A DNA stretch of 64,000 nucleotides, from the NCBI GenBank assembly GCA_027489535.1, contig JAIXZO010000014.1:2060-66059 (forward strand). Reading direction: 5' to 3'. Below, piece by piece: positions 40,187 to 47,899 of the stretch. The notes under the pieces are model-generated. The model did no database searches. It was not told the DNA's origin and saw nothing but the letters and a program-made list of their open reading frames with translations. Within the stretch, counting starts at the first letter, position 1, and the number at the start of each line of letters is the position of its first letter. Both the position numbers and the translations under genes were made by a program. The DNA is from Hyphomicrobiales bacterium. Its GTDB lineage: Bacteria; Pseudomonadota; Alphaproteobacteria; Rhizobiales; Beijerinckiaceae.

Positions 40187-43100
40187 TCAGCGCTTCGGCG
40201 TCGTTGCGGGCGGCGCCTTTGGGGCCGGCTTGGCCGTCGCATCGGTCTCGACGGGCGTGCCCGCGCCGTCGGGCCGTCCCGCCCCGAAGAATTTGCGCAG
40301 GAAGCCGGGCGCGACCGCCGACAGCGGATTGAACGTCACGACCGGATTGGCCGGGCTCCCCGTGATGCGGAAATTCACGGCGAAAAGCCCCTCGTTCGCG
40401 CCGCCGAACAGCAGGCCGAAGATCGGCACCTTGTTCGGTATGTTGTTGAGCCCGTAGGCGGGCACGAACGTGCCGGTCATGTCGACCTTCTCGCGGCCGA
40501 AATCCATCGTGCCTTCGAGCGTTCCCCCGAGCGTGGGGCCCCACATCACGGCGTCCGACAGCGTAAGCAGGCCGTTGCCCGAGCGGGCGAATTCGGCGCG
40601 CAGCTTCGTGAACGACACGTTCGAGGCGTCTTCCAGCAAGGCGCGGCCCGACTTGTTCTCCGGCACGTTGGAGACGCCCGTCAGCGCAGGCTCGTTGCGC
40701 AGGCTGAAATTCTGCACGACCAAGAGGCCGTCGAGCGGCTCGGACGAGGCCGAGACCTGCATCAGCATGGCCCCGCCGACCATGCGGCGATACAGGTCGA
40801 TATAGCGAAGGAACGCGCCCGCATCGGCGCTTTCCACGACCATCGCGGGAGACCCCGCCTCCGAACGCGCCATCTGCCCCGACACCGCGGAACGCCCGAG
40901 CCGTCCGGCAAGGCGGAAGTCGCGCACGTCGCCGGTCCGGGTCGCGAGCCGCAGTTCCGCGCCGTTCAAGACTTCGCCCGAAAAACCCTGCAAAGCGGTC
41001 GCCTTGAGATCGAGATCGAGGTCACCGAAGGACACGCCGCTCGGCCCTCCGGCGGGTGCGAAGGCGGATTTCAGGAAGGGGCGCGCGTCCAGCGCCGTCG
41101 CGCGCACGGTCATCTTCGCGCCCGTTGCGCCCCGATCGATTTCGACCTTCATGTCGTCGCCGGGCGACAACCGCACCTGCGAGAGACGCGCGACATTGAT
41201 CGACCCGTCGGCCGCGACTTCGCCCTCGCCGCGCACGACCAATCCGTTGCCGCCGTCGAGCACGATGTCGGCAAGTTCGAAACGGTCCTCGCCGACCTGC
41301 CGCATCCGAAGCGTCGCCTTGGCGGCTTTGCCTGCGGGCTTGGCCCAAGTGGGCAGAAGCCCCGTGATGGCGGCCTTTGAGAAATCGGCCTCCACCGTCG
41401 CCCAGCCCTTCGCCGTCCCGTCGCGCGAGACGGCCTTCAGAACGACGGGGCCTGAAATCAAGCCTGCCGACTTCAACCCGCGCTTGACGCGCACGGCATC
41501 GTCGATGGTCAGGGTAACGGCGTAATCGGGGTCAGTCGCGCCGGCGCGTTGCACGAGATCGATGACCGCCGGAATTCCGCCGATCCGCGCCTCGCCCTTC
41601 ACGGAGAGGCGTCCGGCGTCATAGGCGTAAGCAAGGCTCGGGGACTCGAGCTTTTCCTTCGCGACGAGCCGTTCGACGGCGATGTTGGTCAATACGCCCT
41701 GTGCCGTCGCCTTCACCGCGTCGGGGGCGGGTTTCGCGACGAGCGGCAGGGAAACGGCGATACGCGAATCCGTCTGCCCCTTGATGCCGGAAGGCTCGGG
41801 CGTCGCGCCGCCGGTCACGCCGCGCAAGGCGTCTGCACGCAGCAGGGCGGCAAAGGCTTCGGCACCGCCGCGCATGCGGAAGCCGACGGCCGCAACGGCG
41901 GGGTGGCCGGACGTGTCGTCGACGCGGAAGCTTCCTTCGGTCAGCAGGAGCGTTCCGGCCGGTCCGAGCTTGGCCGACGCGCGCGGAAACCGCACCGTCG
42001 CGGTCCGTCCGGTCACGACGCCCTCGGCGGCGATTTCAGCTAGGACCGGCAGGCCCGGCGCCGGGCGGAGCACGCCGCCGCTCACGGCCACCTCCAAGCG
42101 CACGGCATCGTCCGGCAAGGGCCGCGGCGAGAACGCATCCCGCAGCACGTCGGGGGAAAAATTCACGTCGTAGGTCAAGCGATCGACGGTTCCGCCTTCG
42201 AGGTTCTCGCCGAAATAGCGCCGCGTGTCCGGTGCCGCAAAGGAGGGCCACAATGCGAGGACGGCATGCGTCGGCATGCGGGCGGCCCGCAGCTTCAAAG
42301 CGAGCCCGTCATGAGACGTCGTGCGGCCGAGCGACGCCGATAGGGCGATGTCGACCTCCGGTCCGCCGAACTCCGCGCGTTCAAGTTCGATGCCGGTGAA
42401 TCCCGGCGAGACCACGCCGTCCAGCGCCAAGCGAGTCAGGCGGACGGCGGGAGCGTTGCCGAAAACGGACGAGACCGCCGCATCGTCCGACGCCATCGAG
42501 AATCGCCATCCTGCGGCAGCATCGCGCGGTACCTCGACCCAGCCCTTCGCGCGCATGCGCAAGCCGGCGCCGACCAGATCGAGTTCGGATATTTCCAGCC
42601 TTCCGCCGTCCGCATCGAGCCCGAAACGGCCGCCGACGCGATCCACGGCGATGGGCTTCATGTGCGGATCGTCGATGAGGATCTGCGCCGATCCGCCGGT
42701 GATGACGCCTTCGAGCGCAGTCAGCCGGTCGTCGGCGGCGAGCGAAGCGGTCAGCTCGAACGACAAGGGCATGTCGGTGTGGACGGGAAGCCCGCCCCGA
42801 TGGGCGAAGCCGAGCAGTTCGGAGACGGCCACGTCCTGCAGCGCGGCCTCGACCGTCCTCGCTTCTCCCGGCAGGCCGCGCACCAGCACGGACGCGCCCC
42901 AGCGCCCGTTGGGACCGCGCGCCCGCAAAGCCATGCGCGACTCGCCCGGCGCAGGACGGGAATAGACCATCGACAGGTCGGAATAGCTCGCCGTACGCCC
43001 GTTGCGGCGGTCGTCGATCACCAAGCTTCCGTCACGAAGTCCGGCCCGCTCCAAGATGGCCAGGGCGCCCTTCGGCGCAGCGAACGCATCGACGAAAGAC

Positions 43101-43630
43101 GACACGCGGAGCGGCGCGGCATCCGTGGCACGCTCGGCCGGAGCGGGGGGCGCATCGGAGAGCCCCTGCACGGCGGAGACCGACACAGCCCCGTCGGGCA
43201 AGATCGTCAGGGCGACGGACAGACCGACGAATTCGACTTCGCGGGGCACGGGATCGAAACGCAAAAGGGACCGACCGTCGAACCCCACAACGACCCGGGG
43301 GGCGGCGACGACGGAGGTCCCGGTTCCGTCGCGCACGGTGACGCCGTCGCCTTCAAGCACGAGCCCGTCATCGTCCCTGATCAGTCGAAGCGTACGGATG
43401 TCGACTTGGAAACCGTCGCCGAGGCGTCGCGACACCGCCTCCGCAATGCGTTCCGTCAGAAAAGCGGATTCGATGGGGCCGCGCGACAACAGCCATCCGA
43501 CCGTGGCGAAGCCGCCGCCACCGATCAGCGCCGCGAGCCCGAACAGCCCCGCCAACAGCGCGAGCGGACGCAGCCGAAAACGTCGCTTATGCGGCTTGGA
43601 TGCCGCTCCGGTCTCGGTCTCTCGCCTCAT
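40187..43630 (-). CDS. YhdP/AsmA-like large envelope protein (DUF3971/AsmA2-type)
   Basis: 1147 aa with a single N-terminal TM (LALLAGLFGLAALIGGGGFATVGWLL). The C-terminal end (GTFVPAYGLNNIPNKVPIFGLLFGG ... FRITGSPANPVVTFNPLS) is typical of the YhdP family. Confidence 0.75.
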   Translation of the reverse strand: MRRETETGAASKPHKRRFRLRPLALLAGLFGLAALIGGGGFATVGWLLSRGPIESAFLTERIAEAVSRRLGDGFQVDIRTLRLIRDDDGLVLEGDGVTVRDGTGTSVVAAPRVVVGFDGRSLLRFDPVPREVEFVGLSVALTILPDGAVSVSAVQGLSDAPPAPAERATDAAPLRVSSFVDAFAAPKGALAILERAGLRDGSLVIDDRRNGRTASYSDLSMVYSRPAPGESRMALRARGPNGRWGASVLVRGLPGEARTVEAALQDVAVSELLGFAHRGGLPVHTDMPLSFELTASLAADDRLTALEGVITGGSAQILIDDPHMKPIAVDRVGGRFGLDADGGRLEISELDLVGAGLRMRAKGWVEVPRDAAAGWRFSMASDDAAVSSVFGNAPAVRLTRLALDGVVSPGFTGIELERAEFGGPEVDIALSASLGRTTSHDGLALKLRAARMPTHAVLALWPSFAAPDTRRYFGENLEGGTVDRLTYDVNFSPDVLRDAFSPRPLPDDAVRLEVAVSGGVLRPAPGLPVLAEIAAEGVVTGRTATVRFPRASAKLGPAGTLLLTEGSFRVDDTSGHPAVAAVGFRMRGGAEAFAALLRADALRGVTGGATPEPSGIKGQTDSRIAVSLPLVAKPAPDAVKATAQGVLTNIAVERLVAKEKLESPSLAYAYDAGRLSVKGEARIGGIPAVIDLVQRAGATDPDYAVTLTIDDAVRVKRGLKSAGLISGPVVLKAVSRDGTAKGWATVEADFSKAAITGLLPTWAKPAGKAAKATLRMRQVGEDRFELADIVLDGGNGLVVRGEGEVAADGSINVARLSQVRLSPGDDMKVEIDRGATGAKMTVRATALDARPFLKSAFAPAGGPSGVSFGDLDLDLKATALQGFSGEVLNGAELRLATRTGDVRDFRLAGRLGRSAVSGQMARSEAGSPAMVVESADAGAFLRYIDLYRRMVGGAMLMQVSASSEPLDGLLVVQNFSLRNEPALTGVSNVPENKSGRALLEDASNVSFTKLRAEFARSGNGLLTLSDAVMWGPTLGGTLEGTMDFGREKVDMTGTFVPAYGLNNIPNKVPIFGLLFGGANEGLFAVNFRITGSPANPVVTFNPLSAVAPGFLRKFFGAGRPDGAGTPVETDATAKPAPKAPPATTPKR

Positions 43631-43739
43631 CCGGCATCCGTTCCAAAAGTGTCCGCATCGGCATTCCGAAAGGCGATCCGGTCGCGTCGAAGCGTCGTAA
43701 AACTAATGGCCACCGCGATTCGACGAAAGGAAGGCGAAC

Positions 43740-44210
43740 ATGCCTCAGATGCCCCAGGAAGGCGCAACCGCGCCCGATTTCGACCTCGCCGCAGACGGAG
43801 GCCGCCGCGCGCGCCTTGCCGACATGAAGGGCCGCAAGATCGTCCTGTATTTCTACCCGAAGGACGACACCAGCGGGTGCACCAAGGAAGCCATGGAATT
43901 CAACGCGCTGCGCGCGGACTTCGACGCCGCCGGTGCTACGATCCTCGGCGTCTCCGCCGACGATGCCAAGAGCCACGACAAGTTCAAGGCCAAGTACGAC
44001 CTCGCCTTCGCGCTCGGCTCCGACCCGGAAAAGACGATGCTCGAGGCCTATGGCGTCTGGGTGGAAAAGAGCATGTACGGCCGCAAATATATGGGGATCG
44101 AGCGGTCCACCTTCCTGATCGACGCCGAAGGCCGCGTCGCGAAGGTGTGGCCGAAGGTCAAGGTTCCCGGCCACGCCGCCGAAGTGCTCGCCGCCGCAAA
44201 GGCGATTTGA
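43740..44210 (+). CDS. bcp: thioredoxin-dependent thiol peroxidase (Bcp peroxiredoxin)
   Basis: LYFYPKDDTSGCTKEA peroxidatic Cys motif; 156 aa. Confidence 0.92.
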   Translation: MPQMPQEGATAPDFDLAADGGRRARLADMKGRKIVLYFYPKDDTSGCTKEAMEFNALRADFDAAGATILGVSADDAKSHDKFKAKYDLAFALGSDPEKTMLEAYGVWVEKSMYGRKYMGIERSTFLIDAEGRVAKVWPKVKVPGHAAEVLAAAKAI

Positions 44211-44292
44211 TCGATCGCTCTCTCCGCCGTTCGACGCGACGGGCCGGCGAAACCGCCCGGCCCGTCCGTCATTCAGGCCGAACGATCATAAA

Positions 44293-44308
44293 TTAACGCT
44301 GCATTAAC
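44293..44308 (+). promoter_or_regulatory. candidate CtrA box TTAA-N7-TTAAC
   Basis: TTAAcgctgcaTTAAC is an exact match to the CtrA consensus half-sites and spacing, in an AT-rich patch 60 bp upstream of the preferred M23 peptidase start. Confidence 0.45.
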
Positions 44309-44367
44309 CACGAAGGATGAGGGTTCGTCAGGGTTCTTCTGATGGATTCGCCGCCTTCGAGGATTTG

Positions 44368-45612
44368 ATGTCGCCATTGCTCAAAGCATTCCCGCCCAGC
44401 TTCGCCTTCGCTTACGACTGTGCGGGGCAGAGGCGCGCCTTCGAGCTGCGCGGCCGGACGGCGGGATATGTCTTGGCCGGCGCGGCGGGCGTCGTCCTTA
44501 TGGCGGGTTTCGGGTTGTTTCACGCGGTATTCGGCGACGCCGTCCTGTCCGGAATGCCCCGGCGGGAAGCGGAGATCCGGGCGGAGTATGAGAACCGAAT
44601 GGCGATGCTGCGCCATCGCATCGACCATCTCGCGAGCAAGCAGGTCATCGACCGCAACACCATCGAAGGCACGGTGCAGGATCTCGTCACGCGTCAGGCG
44701 CGCATCGAGATGCGTCATGCCATGGTCGCGAACCTGATGGCGAGCGCCGCGCGCCCGGCCGCCGTCTCTCCGTCGCAACCGCAGCCCGCACCCGTTCCAC
44801 TTCCGGTCCCTACGACTGCGGTCCCGAAAGGGGCGACGCCGGACCCGCGCATCCGCACGGACCGGTTCGAACGGCCGCGCGATGCACGCGCCGAAGCGCC
44901 GGCCGCGTCCCCGCGTCACGTCGAAGCCGTCGCCGCGCTCGGCGCGAAGATCGCAGTGCTGGAGGCAATGCAGTTGGACGCGGCGCTGCAGGTCTCGGCC
45001 GCGGCGCGCGCGGAGGTCGATCAATTCTCCCGTGCTTTGGCCGAACTGCGCCTCAAATTGCCCGAGACGGCTCCCGTCACGGACAGGAACGCGATGGGCG
45101 GTCCCTATCTCCCGGTCGCCACGACCTTCGAGGCGGCGCTTGCCTCCGCTCGGGCCGTGACCGCGGAACGCAACCGGCTCGCCGGGATCGTCGAGGGCCT
45201 GCCCCTCGCCCGCCCTTTGGACGGGGATCCGGAAATCGCCTCCGGCTTCGGGGTGCGGACCGATCCGTTCACGCGCCAACCGGCCTTGCATGCCGGTCTG
45301 GACCTGAAGCGCGAGCCCGGAGCGCCCGTGCGTGCGACGGGTTCGGGGACCGTTACGGCGGCGGAGTGGTCGGGCGGCTACGGCAACATGGTGGAGATCG
45401 ACCACGGGCGCGGCATCACGACCATCTACGGGCATCTGTCGACCATTCAGGCCCGCGTCGGCCAAAGCGTGGCAGCGGGCGCGCTGATCGGGACAGTCGG
45501 CAGCACAGGCCGTTCGACCGGGCCGCATCTGCATTATGAAACCCGCATCGCGGACGAAGCCGTCGATCCCGTGCGCTTTCTGCGCGCCGGCGAGCGCCTG
45601 CGCCGTCGCTGA
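44368..45612 (+). CDS. M23 family metallopeptidase (LytM-type cell-wall endopeptidase)
   Basis: HAGLDL, GNMVEIDHG, GSTGRSTGPHLHYE. I prefer ATG 44368 (MSPLLKAF) with a GAGGA SD 5 nt upstream. The track start 44317 sits only 9 nt after the CtrA-like box with no spaced SD. Confidence 0.85.
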   Translation: MSPLLKAFPPSFAFAYDCAGQRRAFELRGRTAGYVLAGAAGVVLMAGFGLFHAVFGDAVLSGMPRREAEIRAEYENRMAMLRHRIDHLASKQVIDRNTIEGTVQDLVTRQARIEMRHAMVANLMASAARPAAVSPSQPQPAPVPLPVPTTAVPKGATPDPRIRTDRFERPRDARAEAPAASPRHVEAVAALGAKIAVLEAMQLDAALQVSAAARAEVDQFSRALAELRLKLPETAPVTDRNAMGGPYLPVATTFEAALASARAVTAERNRLAGIVEGLPLARPLDGDPEIASGFGVRTDPFTRQPALHAGLDLKREPGAPVRATGSGTVTAAEWSGGYGNMVEIDHGRGITTIYGHLSTIQARVGQSVAAGALIGTVGSTGRSTGPHLHYETRIADEAVDPVRFLRAGERLRRR

Positions 45613-45619
45613 CGACCGC

Positions 45620-46156
45620 TCAGCGCGCGGCGGCGTCCCGCAGCAGCGCGACGACGTCTTCGATCGGCCGGGCGGCGTCCTGCACGAAGGCGGCGATGGC
45701 CTCGACATCGTCGAGATGGAACAGCGGCACGCCCGCTTGCTCGGGCTCGGCATCGGCCGCGATCCCGATCACGCTCGGATCGTCCGGATGCAGCCACGGC
45801 TTGCCGTTGGCGGCGCGGTGAACTTCCAGCTTCGCGTGCGGCTCGTGCTTGAAGCCCTCGACGAGCACAAGATCGACGGGCGACAGCAGGCCGAGAAGAT
45901 CGGCGAGCACGGGCTCGCGCTCCTCCCTCAATTCATGCATCAGCGCCCAACGCCGCGCCGAGCCGACGAGCACTTCGGTCGCGCCCGCACTGCGATGCGT
46001 GTGGCTGTCCTTTCCCGGCGTGTCCACGTCGAAGGCGTGGTGGGCATGCTTGACGGTCGACACGCGCAGTCCTTGCGCCGTCAGCCGGGGGATGAGGCGG
46101 GAGAGCAGCGTGGTCTTGCCCGCGCCGCTCCATCCGGCGATGCCGATCACCTTCAC
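45620..46156 (-). CDS. mobB: molybdopterin-guanine dinucleotide biosynthesis adaptor MobB
   Basis: GTG start, (M)KVIGIAGWSGAGKTTLL Walker A, and KHAHH. Confidence 0.88.
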   Translation of the reverse strand: MKVIGIAGWSGAGKTTLLSRLIPRLTAQGLRVSTVKHAHHAFDVDTPGKDSHTHRSAGATEVLVGSARRWALMHELREEREPVLADLLGLLSPVDLVLVEGFKHEPHAKLEVHRAANGKPWLHPDDPSVIGIAADAEPEQAGVPLFHLDDVEAIAAFVQDAARPIEDVVALLRDAAAR

Positions 46157-46186
46157 GAGATTGCCCTTTTACGAAACCTGCGTTGA

Positions 46187-46220
46187 ACGAAAACGGCCCG
46201 GCGGGGTCGCCGCCGGGCCG
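46187..46220 (-). terminator. intrinsic terminator after the FDH gamma subunit gene
   Basis: On the minus strand: CGGCCCGGCGG-cgacc-CCGCCGGGCCG followed by ttttcgtt, 24 nt after the stop at 46245. The mobB GTG start follows about 30 nt later. Confidence 0.55.
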
Positions 46221-46244
46221 CTTCCTGAAGCTGGTGCCGGAGAT

Positions 46245-47258
46245 TTACTCCGCGGCGACGGCTGACGGCGGAACCTTGGCGTTCCCCGCCTTGCCCATCT
46301 CCTCGGCGACCCAGAGCGAATGGTGCTCCTTCGCCCAGTTGAGGTCCACCTCGCCCGAGCCCATGGCGTCGAACGCGCCTTCCATGCCGACGGAGCCGAT
46401 ATAGATGTGCGCGATCATGATCGCCACGATCACGGCGGAAACGAGCCCGTGCACGATCTGCGCCGTCTGCATGCCCTCGATGGTGGTCACGTAGAACGGG
46501 AACAGCAGGATCAGGCCCGAGATCGACAAGGCGACGCCGCCGAGGATGACCGTCCAGAAGATGACCTTCTGGCCGGCGTTGAACTTCTTGGCCGGGGGAT
46601 GCGCGCCCTTCACGAAGAGCCCGCCGCCCGCCTTGATCCAAGCCGCGTCGACGCTGGAGGGAAGGTTGTCCTTCACCCAGACGAGGAACATGAAGACCAC
46701 GCCGAGCATGAACGGGAACGCGAGATAGTTGTGCGCGTATTTGCCGAGTAGCGAGACGGTGGTGAACGCCTCGGGCCCGAACAGCGGCATCAGCACATAT
46801 TTGCCGAACACCACGTTGAGGCCGGTGAGCGCCAGCACGATGAAGGTGCCTGCCGTCATCCAATGCACGAATCGCTCGAACGAGTTGAAGCGCAGGATCG
46901 TGCGGCCGGACGGACCGGCGTCGATCGTGATGCGGCCGCGCACGGCGTAGAACGCCGCGAGCAGACCCATCATGCCGAGGATGGAGATCGCGCCCGTCCA
47001 GAACACAGTGGTGTTGTGGAAGGTGCGCCATTCACGACCGGCGGGCTGGATCAGCACGGACGCCTTGGCGTCCGGAATGCTGATGCGGCCCTGCACCTGC
47101 TGGAGCTGCTGCAGCAGCTGCTCTTCCTTCACCGCCTGCGCGGTGGGGTTGAAGGGCTGCTGCGCCGCGGCCGGAGTGGCCGCGACGAAGGTTGCGAGGA
47201 CCGCGCCGAACAGTCCGAAGAGTGCGGCGCGGAGCGAGAAAGACAACACGTGCTTCAT
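46245..47258 (-). CDS. formate dehydrogenase gamma subunit (cytochrome b, FdnI/FdoI family) with N-terminal extension
   Basis: Multiple TM helices with conserved His (FERFVHWMTA, KYAHNYLAF, AQIVHGL, IAHIYIG), ending NWAKEHHSLW. Last structural gene of the FDH operon. Confidence 0.88.
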   Translation of the reverse strand: MKHVLSFSLRAALFGLFGAVLATFVAATPAAAQQPFNPTAQAVKEEQLLQQLQQVQGRISIPDAKASVLIQPAGREWRTFHNTTVFWTGAISILGMMGLLAAFYAVRGRITIDAGPSGRTILRFNSFERFVHWMTAGTFIVLALTGLNVVFGKYVLMPLFGPEAFTTVSLLGKYAHNYLAFPFMLGVVFMFLVWVKDNLPSSVDAAWIKAGGGLFVKGAHPPAKKFNAGQKVIFWTVILGGVALSISGLILLFPFYVTTIEGMQTAQIVHGLVSAVIVAIMIAHIYIGSVGMEGAFDAMGSGEVDLNWAKEHHSLWVAEEMGKAGNAKVPPSAVAAE

Positions 47259-47288
47259 ACAGAAGCCTCCCGTTCTGATGCGCCGCGG

Positions 47289-47885
47289 TCAGACCGCGAT
47301 CGTTTCCTTGTAGGCGACCTTCCAGCCCCAGGCGCCGGAGCCGTAGCCGCGCTTCAGGACACGCTCCTTGTAGATCGTGGCGATCATCTCGCCGTCGCCT
47401 GCAAGCAGAGCCTTGGTGGAGCACATTTCGGCGCAGATCGGCAGTTTGCCTTCGGCCAGACGGTTCGCGCCGTACTTCACGTACTCCTCGGGGGAGTTGT
47501 CGGCCTCGGGGCCGCCCGCGCAGTAGGTGCACTTGTCCATCTTGCCGCGCGAACCGAAGTTGCCGACCTTCGGATATTGCGGCGCGCCGAAGGGGCACGC
47601 GTAGAAGCAATAGCCGCAGCCGATGCACAGGTCCTTCGAGTGAAGGACCACGCCGTCCGCCGTCGTCAGGAAGCAGTCGACGGGGCACACGGCCGCGCAG
47701 GGCGCGTCCGTGCAGTGCATGCAGGCCATCGAAACCGAACGCTCGCCGGGCTTGCCGTCGTTGATCGTCACCACGCGGCGACGATTGATGCCCCACGGCA
47801 CCTCGTGTTCGTTCTTGCAGGCCGTGACGCAGGCGTTGCACTCGATGCAACGGTCGGCATCGCAGAGGAATTTCATTCGAGCCAT
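47289..47885 (-). CDS. formate dehydrogenase iron-sulfur (beta) subunit
   Basis: Starts MARMKFLCDADRCIECNACVTACK and has further 4Fe-4S motifs (CMHCTDAPCAAVCP, CIGCGYCFYACPFGAP, CTYC). No C-terminal TM anchor is evident. Confidence 0.9.
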   Translation of the reverse strand: MARMKFLCDADRCIECNACVTACKNEHEVPWGINRRRVVTINDGKPGERSVSMACMHCTDAPCAAVCPVDCFLTTADGVVLHSKDLCIGCGYCFYACPFGAPQYPKVGNFGSRGKMDKCTYCAGGPEADNSPEEYVKYGANRLAEGKLPICAEMCSTKALLAGDGEMIATIYKERVLKRGYGSGAWGWKVAYKETIAV

Positions 47886-47899
47886 GTTCGTCCCCTCCC

